A stretch of 63,956 nt of DNA, counting the filler, from Psammoneis japonica (lineage: Eukaryota), in the NCBI GenBank assembly GCA_008632985.1. It is 3 parts of 3 records of this genome, joined end to end, with 100 filler letters (N's around TTAATTAATTAA, not from the genome) between each part and the next. Parts side by side here need not be neighbours in the genome. Positions count along the whole stretch, not along the records: positions 1 to 26,671 come from QPGO01000419.1; 2 more parts are not named here. The stretch is one strand, 5' to 3'. Under the pieces are notes generated by a model that saw nothing but the letters and a program-made list of their open reading frames with translations, ran no database searches and had not been told where the DNA came from. This document shows positions 1-10,619 of this stretch, piece by piece. Numbering within the stretch: position 1 is the first letter of the stretch; every line of letters begins with the position of its first letter. The position numbers and the translations under genes are program-made.

Positions 1-1828
1 GCCCGATTCCAAAAAAAGCAGAAGCGATTCGCGCGATCGCAACTCCCAAAACTCGCAAGGAATTGCGACGCTTCATCGGTGTGATCAACTGCTGTCGAGA
101 CATGTGGCCTCGACGATCTCATGTTTAGCTCCTTTAGCCAAACTCACTTCTACCCAAGTAAAGTGGCAATGGACCGAAACAGAACAAAAAGCCTTCGAAA
201 ATATGAAGCGCATCATCTCCAAAGACATGCTGTTGTCATACCCGAATTTTAACATACCCTTTGAGATATGGCCGATGCTAGTAATTCTCAATTGGGGCGG
301 TTATTACTCAGAAAACCGACCAATTGCCTTCTACAGCCGCAAGCTGAATGGAGCGCAGACGCGTCATGCTACAACGGAAAAGAACTATTGTCCATAGTGG
401 AGACGTTAAAAGAGTTCCGCAATATACTGTTTGGCCAACAGATAAATATATATACGGATCACAAAAATCTCACACACAAAAATTTCACAACGGACANGAG
501 TCATGCGTTGGCGTCTAATGATAGAAGAATACAGTCCCAAAATAATATACCTTGAGGGCAAGGCAAATGTTGTCGCAGATGCGATTAGCCGACTTACTAT
601 GAAGAAAATAGAACCTATGGAAACCCTCAGCACAGAAGAGCTAGCTGAAAAGGTCCCACCAAAATCCTGCGACAATGTCTTTCCGTTAAATTACAAAGTT
701 CTTGATTATGAACAAAAACGGGACAAAGACATTCTCTCCCAATTGTCGAATAAGACGTTTCATACGAAGACTTTTCGTGGAGGCGAGCGAGACCGGTTGC
801 TCACATGTCATAAGGATAAAATTGTCGTCCCGAGGACGTTACAAAAGGCAGTGATAGATTGGTGTCATACGCACCTTCTTCACCCTGGCATAAATCGAAC
901 AGAAGAAACAATCTCACAACACCTGTGGTGGTCCACCTTGCGTGAAGACATACGAAAATACGTGTCGAGATGTGAGACGTGCCAAAAATTCAAAAAGAAA
1001 CACAAGAAATGTGGACATTTACCTCCTAAGTGCGCAGAATCCGCACCGTGGGAATGACCATGTGTGGACCTTATTGGGCCATACAAAATACGTCGTAAGG
1101 GAAAGAAAAAACCCCCAGTCCTGAAATGTTTGACCATGATCGATCCAGCAACCGGATGGTTTGAAGTTGTGGAAATCCCAAATGAGGAGTCCACAACTGC
1201 AGCTGGACTGCTAGAACGAACATGGTCAAGCAGACATCCTTGGCCATCGTTGGTCACATGTGACCGTGGAAGTGAGTTCATCGGACACCAATTTAGAGAA
1301 ATGGTGCAAGATGATCATGGCATTAAAGTCAAGCCCACAACTGCACAAAATCCACAAGCAAATGCAATTGTTGAATGCGTGCATCAAGCACTGGGGAACA
1401 TGCTCCGTACATTTGATTTGCAACATGCACCTCTGGACACTGAGGATCCTTTCGCTGGAACACTGTCAGCGGCAGCGTTTGCGGTGCGTTCTGCGCATCA
1501 CACCACTGCGCAAGCTACACCAGGACAACCAGTCTTCAACAGAGACATGACATTTAACGTCCAACATGTCGCAGACTGGAAATCAATCCAGCAGCGAAAA
1601 CAAGAAATCACAAATAAAAATGACGCTCGAGAGAATGCTCGACGCACTCCTTGCATGCACAGAGCAGGAGAAAAGACACTGCTCGAGAAAGACTCGCAAA
1701 AATTAGAACAGCCCTGTGTTGGACCGCATGCAACAACAACGGCACATGCCAATGGCACAGCACAGATCAAACGCGGTAACATCATTGACACTGTCAACAT
1801 TCGTCGAATGATGCCGTTTAACGACTGA
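1..1828 (+). mobile_element. Ty3/Gypsy LTR retrotransposon (family A), 3' part of pol: RT end, RNase H, integrase; degenerate
   Basis: Consecutive frameshifted ORFs carry RNase H motifs (ADASNSQLG, PIAFYSRKL, ELLSIVETLKEFRNIL, IYTDHKNL), the integrase HHCC region (HPG...CETCQ) and core (DLIGP, DRGSEF, NPQANAIVE). Domain order RT-RH-INT is Gypsy. Confidence 0.93.
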
Positions 1829-1854
1829 CTCTAATGTGCAATCAGGGAGGCAAA

Positions 1855-2234
1855 TGCAATGTGCGTTGTCATGCACGCATTACACATGTGTGTCTGTGTG
1901 TTAAACAAAAGTGTGTTTCAATCGTGTGTCAATCGTGGGTTCGTACAAAGTGCAGATCAGTCACACAGAAGTGATCGGATGTCGAGAATCGCAAATGCGA
2001 TCGTACGATGATGTTGACATCTCATGTGTCAATGTCAATCGCATCCGGACAATCTGTCGTCACGATCACATTCTCCGAAAGGCCTTTTGTCTGTGGGAGC
2101 AGTGCAAAAGGTTTGGGCCATTGAGAACCCGTTTGGAGAAACCCAAAATGATTGCGTAGAAACAATTCTCATAATTTTCACCTTTTTGAACTTCATTCTA
2201 CTTTCGTTTGCACTCGTTCTTCGAGCATGGTGCA
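1855..2234 (+). repeat. 3' LTR of Gypsy family A, TpA-depleted copy, preceded by purine tract AGGGAGGCAAA (1844-1854)
   Basis: Starts TGCAAT just after the integrase stop and PPT. Aligns over about 380 bp with the reverse complement of 54721-55099. Confidence 0.88.
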
Positions 2235-3529
2235 AAAGTCCTCCCATCCCTGCCAACTGCCTGTCCCTAGAATCAGATCACCGCAAGAAGTCGCACGAGC
2301 AAAGCGACGCCAGTCGCTGGCCTCGTAAAGACCGACCAGGGGAGATGACCTCATCACCCATTGATGACGCACCGGGAAATCACCCCCCGCATCTGCCACA
2401 TTGAACGCGTTCAAGTTGGCATTTTGGAAGCGAGCTGCTGTTGCTCATTCTTCCGAAGAGCTTTAGCAGCAAGCCGAACAGACAGTCTAAAAGCGCTCCC
2501 ACCTCTCCCTCCCTCTGGCCATGCCGTTCCAGCTTGGGAATGGAAAGGGACCAACTACGCTGGTAAAGTCCTCCCATCCCTGCCAATTGCCTGAAAATCA
2601 CTCGCCACCATGACGAGTGCCGCCGACGCGCCGTCGTGCAGCTCCACAGCCATTTCGTATTTTCCAATGCGGTGCCACCAACGTACTGCGTGACTCTTTT
2701 ATCTAAAATCACTAGCTTCAATGTTGTCACAGAATGCCACAACCATTTAAAGCAAGGCTTCGGAAAACGAATGGCAAATCTTCTGGGGTCAAACACAGTC
2801 ACACTCGATTGTGACCTCAAAACCCTTTGTTCGACCATTGAGTCATGTGCAGCTTGCAAGAATGAGATCTATACATGATGCATGGAAAGTTTTTGTTGAG
2901 CTGGGTTTTGCACCGGAAAATGTGCATTGTGTGTCTCTTGCTACACCCGGTCCATCGCGTTGAGAGGTTGTGACGCGATGTTGTGCTGCGCGGCATGCAA
3001 CACCGAAACGAATGAATTTACGACGCACTCCGTCCATTTTGAGCAGCGTCACCATGGCATTGGAGCAGTTCAAGACTCTGTCACTCACACAATCACTCCT
3101 CCGAACCCCAAGATTGATCCAGTGTGTCATCCCATGCGAAACAAGGAGAGCCCGGATCAACTCTTTTGAGTCAAATTAAATGACATCTCAGTTCATCAAA
3201 AGGTTCAAGATTCCGCATCCTGACCTTTGATGGATGTAAAGAGGATGACAAAGTTGCTCTAGTTTCAACTGTTCGGCCTGCTTGCTCACAGGAAGAATGG
3301 ACTGACGAAATGAAAGAAGCGCTCAAGAAACTCTTCAAGCGCAAATAAAGTCCGATTCCAATTTCAAGTTACAGTAAAGCTTCATAGGGGTCTTTCTGTC
3401 CAGGTGCAGGCAGTCCGCATCTTCACAGACAAGCCTGTTTTGCCGAGCCCCTCTCCGAGACAGTGTCCAAGTCATTGCGCCTTTCATGCGGGTCAGAAGT
3501 CACCCGACAAGGAATTTCGCTGCCCATCC

Positions 3530-4834
3530 TTGCAGCCAGTTCGACATTGTTCCAATGCACTCAATTGCTGTTCATCTACATTGTTCACATCACAACCTAA
3601 AACCGAGTGTCATGGAATGTACGCAACACTTGATTTGAATGTCGGAACAATTGGCACAAGCTCTGGGTCTCGCACTGGGATTGGACGCCGACGCACTTGA
3701 CCATTTTGTTTCAGAAGGATCCATTCCGCCTGCTCAAACTCACATCCAGTAGATCCACACAACCACATGATCCAGAACAAGATGCCAGTGGTGTCGATGC
3801 TCGCACGGATGCAGGATTCTGCACTTTGCTTCTTCAAGATCAAGTGGGAGGCTTGCAAGTCAATCTGCTTCTAAATGGAAACGACTGGATCAATGTTCCA
3901 CCCACTGGACCCGACATGGTGGTTTGCAACCTGGGCGAAGTTGCCGAGCTTGTGAGTGGCCGGCATCTCTTGGCCACACCACTCTGTGTTGTGATGTTGC
4001 CCTGTGACAAGGCACGTATATCCATTTCCCGTTTTTTTTTTACAATCCGATAAACGCTTTCAGTTTTTCGAAATCGGGCAAGTGGGGGACTGCGGTACTG
4101 AAACAGCGTAGAATTCTACGTATCGTACTTCGCCGTGTTGTAAATCGAAATCACGTGGTGAAAGCACGGTGAAACTGACAAGTGGCGGAGAACGTCCAAA
4201 TGCTAATTGGAAGGAAAGTAACGTTATCGAGCTTGTCCTAGACACATGTTATCCAATGTAAATAGAAACTTTCGTTGAGAAACTTGTTAAAACAAATGTT
4301 TTGGACAATTCCCAAGTTCACCACGGTGAAGCACGGGAAATCACTCGCCAAATTGCCGCGCAAATCGCTGGCAATTATCTAGCGATACTTTATAGAGCTA
4401 TAATCAACGAATAGCTTCCATTCCGACATCGAACTAGCACAACTTATTGTAAGATATGTCACAGCACAACTGTCATTTAGTCAGAAGCAGTTGTGGCTTT
4501 CCACCGTGCTTTCGTCGTGCCATCAATTTTATAACACGGTGAAGTATGTACGTAAATTCATACCAGGTTCTACTGCAGTCCCCCATTTGATCGACTGAAA
4601 GCGTTTATTCTATCGGCCGTTGTGATAAAACAACTCCGTGTCCATGATGACTTGTGGGAATGCTCCAGAGACAAACGTTGGAATCATCAAGCTGGAAACG
4701 TGATGCATTCTCATTATGGAAAGAACGCATTCAAGAGCCCTGCACGATCTCATCCACGAGTGTTTTCGGAGCATCACGCAGACTTGGAAGTGTTGGAGAA
4801 TGGCAGTGTTGTGAAACAAGAAGATGCAACATGA
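3530..4834 (+). pseudogene. 2-oxoglutarate/Fe(II) oxygenase (IPNS-like) pseudogene interrupted by a MITE
   Basis: Motifs RTDAGFCTLLLQDQVGGLQV, WINVPP, VVCNLGE, LATP, FFYNP on the left and YGKNAFKSPARSHPRVFSEHH on the right. The metal-binding HxD is degenerate (RTD). Start is approximate. Confidence 0.72.
4051..4607. mobile_element. MITE / foldback-like non-autonomous element (about 557 bp)
   Basis: Perfect terminal IR TAAACGCTTTCAGT...ACTGAAAGCGTTTA, plus matching subterminal blocks (GGGGGACTGCGGTA/TACTGCAGTCCCCC; GAAAGCACGGTG/CACCGTGCTTTC). Removing it restores the oxygenase frame (YNP-ILSAVVIK). Confidence 0.85.
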
Positions 4835-4881
4835 AACACACAAGACAAGCAAGTAGCCGCTACTCTTCCCTTACGCTCTTT

Positions 4882-5917
4882 CTAGATTCGTAACTTTGGA
4901 TCCCCGACCATCGGCTTGAGCTTGGCTTGCCGCGACATTTGCGCGTTTAACCTGCCTCTCGATCCTACGTGTGCTGCCCCGGAGGAAGATCCGCTACCAT
5001 GCCTCACCGTTACCGAGTGCGTGCTCTTGCCAGGAATTGGAACAAGCTTAAACTTGTAAACTTTTGGTCCGTCGACACTTGGCTCATACGTGTAACCGGT
5101 GCATCGGTACAAGCCTTCATAATAGTATTCAGGCTTTCCATCTTCACCTGTGGATCGTCTCAATAAGCGGATCGGATCTCGAGTCGACACAGATGAAATG
5201 AGTGACGAATTGGCTACATTCTCCTCTTGATCTGTCACATGATGCTTGCCTTTTTACCTCCCGATCCAGTGTAAATGACCGATCCGTCGGCTTGACGATC
5301 ATTGTCGTCCACATATCCGCCAGACAAGCAAACCGCATAGCACGCCTCGTCCTTGACCGAGTCAATCCCAGAAGGAATCTGGGTGTGAATCCCCAGAATC
5401 GCGGCTTCACCGCGACCTTTCAACTTGATGCCGATTGGGACTCCCTCTATTTCCCCATGGCGACGACGAGGTGTCCATGTGTTTCGCAACTCCTTAAAGG
5501 CAACCATATCGGGTTTCTTCTGCTCAGCCTTCTCCAGTTGATTTAGTCTCTGGCGGAACTTTTGTAGTGCTTCGGCCGCACGACCCGTGCATTCAAGTGT
5601 ACCGTCCTGCTGCTGTTGCTGCTGCTCCTCCAAACGCTCTTGTTCTTCTCGGTATTTGTTAAACACTTGTTTCCACTTTTGTACAAGGCCTTGGCTTTGG
5701 ACCCAACAGTTGCGTGCGACTTTAACTTTCTAATCACAAAAACCACCTCGCTGTCCCTCAGCCATGGATACTCCACGTCAAGCTCGTCAAGCCTCTGCAG
5801 ACAGTCTTTAACAGATTCGACCACCGTCTCGTCGTTGATGGTATCTTGATTCTCAATTGCTTTTTCAAGACGTTCCTTTAGAATCTTGATGGTGGATTCT
5901 GTATTTGGTGATGACAT
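4882..5917 (-). CDS. SRA/YDG-domain protein with an N-terminal TFIIS-N-like helical domain
   Basis: Three frameshifted ORFs. SRA motifs HGEIEGVPIG, GRGEAAILGIH, SGID, AVCLSGGYVDDND, IYTGSGG, PIRLLR, YYYEGLYR. N-terminal LQRLDELDV...LRDSEVVFVIRKLKSH resembles TFIIS-N. Confidence 0.82.
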
Positions 5918-6269
5918 GTTCTGTTGAAATATATCGTATGGCAACAAAAGGACAGAACGCAGAACGCAGACCAAATAATAGAGGACGGCTCACTTTTGGC
6001 TGCTAAAGGATAATCGAATCCAAAATAAGATAGATGGATCTACGACAGAGATGGCGTTTTACAACTCTGACAACAACACACTCTTGGCAGCAACAACAAC
6101 TTGAGGCTCGAGGTGACGTGAAGAAGCAATGTTGGAGATCGTGGATCGTGGCAGATCATGGCAGATGCGAGAGAGGCAGATCAGAACGCAGAACATGCGT
6201 GCGATGATGACTTGAGCGAACGAGGTGCAGGCGGGCTGCACAATGCTCACATACATACATACATGCAGT

Positions 6270-7490
6270 ACACGGACACCTTTTTTTGGTGGACAAGGCC
6301 CTCCATCCACAACTGGTGCAGCTGATCGCTCAGCAGCAAGCAAGGCCCACAGCAGCTGGTTGCAAGGAAACCGAAAAGCAAAGGAGAGAATGCCTGTTGT
6401 CGTTCTTGCATTGCGTTCTTCATGACACCCTGACACACTGCTGGATCGGGGAAAAGAAGAGAGAGAGGGCGAGTGTGAAAAAGCACTGCTGCACTTTGTG
6501 TTTCTCCTGTCTTGCAGTGGCTGACACTGAGCTGCATCTGACATTTGTGTGTCTGCAGAAGAACCATTGAGGAGCATGTCTCTGAGCTGTGTCTGCTCTG
6601 CCCTGCATGAAGAAGAACACTTGTTGGATCATGTGTGTCGTCAAATGACAAGGAGAGCTTCTTGGGCCTCCGTGTGTTGCTTGTGGGTCATGTGAGAGTG
6701 CATTGATGCCGGGGACTTCAGGACAGGCTGACCAAACCTGGAGCTGGAGCCACCAGCTGAACCTGCTGATCTGCAAGATGGTGTGCTGTGCAAACAACCC
6801 AACTCAGGGGCAGTGGGAGGTGTGGCCTGCAAGATTTGCCAGGACAGAGGCCACCCAACTAGAAAGAACTTGGGCCATGTGCTTGCACTGGTCTTGGGAC
6901 ATTGCATGCAGCCTTGCTGGGACAATTGAGCAGAAGCCCATCAGGATTTGGTGGGCATTGCTGGTGGAAATGCCAGCGCAATCTGACAGGCAGCTTGAGC
7001 TCATCCATCAAAGCTGCATGACAGAGAAGCAAACACACAAGAGCCCAGCACACATGACGATTGACTCCAAACATTTGTTGCCAGCATTCCACCAATCTTG
7101 CCACATGTCAAATGCAGACTGTTGTGACAAGGCATGCAACCTTGTCAGCATGGCAGGGATGGAGATCATGGTGGAACCTTTGCTGATGCTGCACAAGGTG
7201 CAGGCAGGCATGGGGGTGAACGCAGAGACCTTGCAAAAGACAATACCAGCTTCTCGCTGTTGTGAGAGGAAACCCAAAAGCAAACAAAAGAACACCTGTT
7301 TTGGTTGCACTGCATTCTTCATAACACCCTGATGCTGGATCGGTGAAGGGAGAGGAGGGCGAAATGCTGCTGCATCTTACAGATGCTCTGCTCACAGACT
7401 GCTGACTCCTCTTCCATCTCCATCCGATCTCTGCTCACTCCAGCGCACGCTCGCATCGCCAAAACTGTTGATGAAAAATGAGCGTCAGCA
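6270..7490. repeat. Degenerate TpA-depleted repeat or TE relic of unknown family
   Basis: Only a handful of TA dinucleotides in about 1.2 kb. Overlapping Cys/His-rich, Tyr-free ORFs with no recognisable domain. Confidence 0.5.
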
Positions 7491-7681
7491 CTTCTAAAAT
7501 AGAAATGTCTTCGCTCTCTCTACTCTAGCTAGCTAGAGAGAGAGCAGCTACTCTAGCTACTAGCTAGAGAGTAGATAGTAGGTGTGGCGATGGCTGGCTG
7601 GACAGTGGACAGGCTGCAGCTGCGTGTGGTGGATGCAGAGGTTGGAAACCCAGCATTTTTTCAATTATCACATTACTATAT

Positions 7682-9372
7682 TCAGTAAACGGCCCTCCCT
7701 CCAGTGCATCAAAGCAAAAGCCAGTCGTAAAGGCGGCTTCCGGAGAGGCAATGAAAGCAACTAGACTCGCTATCTCATCAATCGTTCCACACCTCTTCAT
7801 CGGAATTTTGTCAGTCATGTACTTCACCTGTGCAGCAGGCATGTCTTCCACCATTTTCGTCTTTACTACAGCAGGTGCAAGAGCATTGCAGGTGATGCGG
7901 TCTCGGCGTATTCTTTTCCAATCGTCTTTGTTAAACCAATCACGGCCGCTTTGCTGGTAGAGTAGGCTAGCATCCCTGCGTTACCCTCCTTCCCGGCAAT
8001 GGACGCAATGTTCACTATGCGTCCATAACCGCGATCCTTCATGTAGGGAAGCACAGCTTTGCATCCATTGAAGATACCCTTGACGTTGACACGAAAGACG
8101 GCGTCAAAGTTGTCAGGATCAACGTCTTCAGTCTTGAGGTTTGTTGCTCCCACAATTCCTGCAGCCTGCACTAGAACATCGATACGACCACCGTTGCCTT
8201 CCGCAATACTCCTCCATGCATGAGAAACCGCTTCAGTGTCTGTTACATCGCAGACAACGGCGTCAAACTGACAACATGAAGCAACGTGCTGCAGATTGGA
8301 GCACGCTATGTTGAGCGTGTCTTGGTCCAAATCAACAATCGTAACACAGGAAGCTCCCTCCAGACCAAGTCGAGCGGCAATGCCGTACCCGATTCCACGA
8401 GCACCACCAGTGACAATGCACGTCATGCCCTGGAGGCGACCAGAGAGCAATGGCTTTGCGAGCTCAGTAACTTTTTCTTGTAGTGGTTGCTGAGGTTCCA
8501 CAATCGGTGTAACCAGCGTCCCAATACCGTCAATCTCGCACTCGACGATGTCACCAGGTACAAGCCATCTTGGAGGATTACGAAAGCACCCCACTCCTGG
8601 AGGCGTTCCGGTTGCGATAATGTCTCCAGGATATAACGTCATGAATCTAGATATGAATGCTATGAGCGCGTCAACCTTGAAGACAAGTTCTTTTGTCGAG
8701 GAGTCTTGGAGTACCTCACCATTGACACGGCACCGAATTCCAGTATTATGAACACTTTCAAGTGTCATTTCATCTTGAGTGATAATGACTGGACCAATCG
8801 GAGCATATCCATCTACGGCTTTTCCGAGCAACCATTGACCTCCGTTCCGTTCAAGCTGCCAATCTCTTGCCGAGACATCGTGTACCACCGTGTAACCGCC
8901 AATGTGATTCACAGCTTTTCTCGTGGTGTATTTCGAGGAACTGTCGTTCCAATGACCACACCAAGCTCCACTCATAGTCAAGCTTTTCGGTCGTTTCGTC
9001 TTTTGATACCGGATCACCTGGTCCAACCACGCAAGAGCCAAATTTCGAAAAGACCAGCGGTTCTTCTGGAATCGGAACATTTTGTTCAGTGCAATGATCA
9101 ACATAATTCATTCCAATGCAAAGGAACTTTCCAACGAGCGACCCGTCAAGCGGAGCAAGAATACGACAATCTTGTGACCGCACGTACAACGGGCTTTCAG
9201 GAGTGCAAGATTCAATGAGAGAGTTTGCTCGAGAAATCGCTTCCGGTCCAGCAGCCAAAAATGCTCTTGCATCAGGAGAAATCGACGAAAGGTCACAGTA
9301 CCCTTCAGCATTTGGGATCTGAGCGGCGAGTTTCACCTTGCCGAGGTGGGCAACGCTTGCGAGACGGACCAT
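7682..9372 (-). CDS. Fumarylacetoacetate-hydrolase-family domain fused to a short-chain dehydrogenase/reductase
   Basis: FAH motifs CIGMNYVDHC, EPLVFSKF, LDYE, HDVSARDWQ, GKAVDGYAPIGP, PGDIIATGTPPGVG continue in one ORF (7866-9104) into SDR motifs TGGARGIG, GRIVNIASIAGKEGN, YSTSKAAVIGLTK. The C-terminus is FTTGFCFD.GGRAVY. Several single-base frameshifts. Confidence 0.88.
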
Positions 9373-9506
9373 GGTGAAGCGTATCTTCGGATTTTCGCAA
9401 TCGCTGCTGTTATCGCTGTCCCACAAGATTGCCCATGTTACACTGCGCGTTCAGCGTGAAGCGCGCGCCAAAAAAGCTGTGACAGACGTCAATCTGGAAA
9501 TCGGAT

Positions 9507-9643
9507 GATGATGTCAAGAAGTAGCAACAGCACGACCAAAACATCAAACATGGCTTCGGTTCCTATTTCTTTCGCGCAGATGATGTCAAGAAGTAACAAC
9601 AGCACGACCACAAAAGCCATAAGTTTCGGTCCCTATTTCTTTC
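9507..9643. repeat. 72-bp-period tandem duplication in a divergent promoter region
   Basis: GATGATGTCAAGAAGTA(G/A)CAACAGCACGACCA...TTCGGT(T/C)CCTATTTCTTTC at 9507 and 9579. Confidence 0.8.
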
Positions 9644-9649
9644 TCTTAT

Positions 9650-10345
9650 ATGAGTGAAGCAGAAGCAAGAGGTGTTGGCAGAGCAGCATTGTCATCGAAA
9701 GGAGACGAAGGCGGTGCCACTAAGAGCGCGCATCATGATGAATGGCAGCAGAATTCAAATCGAGGGTGGGATTACATGAGCTTCTACTGGACATTTGGTT
9801 TAGCTATTGGCAAGATCTTTGGATATCTACCGCTTCAACCACTGCTGCTGCATGACAATGAGGATACCCTACTACACTTCACTGCTACTTTGGTTGTGAC
9901 CGCAGCCGCCCAACCCATCATTTTGCGTCGTTACGGTCATTTTGGTCGCGAATTCGATGTCGGAGCTTTCCTTATCTTCCCAATTTGCAATGGCATTTTT
10001 GAAACGATTCTCTTTTTTGCGTCGTACGACGTCGGAAAGTGGTTGTCACAAGTTGCTTTTGGAGTAGAATCAAACCTCTGGATAGCTCGCGGTGTCGGTT
10101 TCGTCACGTTTAACGTGTACTCGGCTCTCATTCACGCACTCTTCTGGCTTCGTCGAGCATTACCGCGACACACGTTGCCCGACGCATCTCCATTCCATCA
10201 ACAAATGCTTCCTGCCTTGTTGGTTGTTAGCATCTCGTGGCTGGCCTGGTATGAATTGCAAGGCACTGTGGCGGAAGTTTGCCTGTTACACGGTCTTGTC
10301 AATGCTATGTACGTGGTAAAGATACGTCTACCTGGCCCATTTTAG
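9650..10345 (+). CDS. Hypothetical multi-pass membrane protein (231 aa)
   Basis: Uninterrupted ATG-to-stop ORF with normal Tyr content and several hydrophobic segments, followed by AATAAA. Confidence 0.65.
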   Translation: MSEAEARGVGRAALSSKGDEGGATKSAHHDEWQQNSNRGWDYMSFYWTFGLAIGKIFGYLPLQPLLLHDNEDTLLHFTATLVVTAAAQPIILRRYGHFGREFDVGAFLIFPICNGIFETILFFASYDVGKWLSQVAFGVESNLWIARGVGFVTFNVYSALIHALFWLRRALPRHTLPDASPFHQQMLPALLVVSISWLAWYELQGTVAEVCLLHGLVNAMYVVKIRLPGPF

Positions 10346-10619
10346 CCATTTTCCTTTTCAATAAAGTAATTGTTACCTTTATAGCATGGTAGATAAATGT
10401 GATGCCTACAGTATCGACATTACTCTGTTACTTTTCACCTTGCAAACTTTGCCTCTCGCGTGCCGTGCCATTGTACACTGACTTTTTCCGCGTTCACATT
10501 GTTTTCCATCAAACTTGACTTTGTTGACATTGCGATAGATTCTAGATCGATCCGAGAGAGGTGAGTGATCAAGCCAATGAGCATGTTGCACTCTTTGTGA
10601 AGAGGGCATCACACTGGCT

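Noticed and set aside
1064..1828. Alternative genetic code or ADAR-type RNA editing
   Set aside because: Host genes use Tyr normally, and both A->G and T->C appear on the same strand, which simple single-strand RNA editing would not give.
1855..2234. Ordinary RIP (CA->TA) or CpG decay as the sole explanation
   Set aside because: Conserved Tyr codons are lost rather than gained, the TA-rich copies have the intact ORFs, and CpGs largely persist in this LTR and at 47200-47930.
1..2234. Contig 1 Gypsy 3' half and contig 3 Gypsy 5' half being one insertion
   Set aside because: Sequence after 2234 does not continue the family B LTR that the 5' half interrupts.
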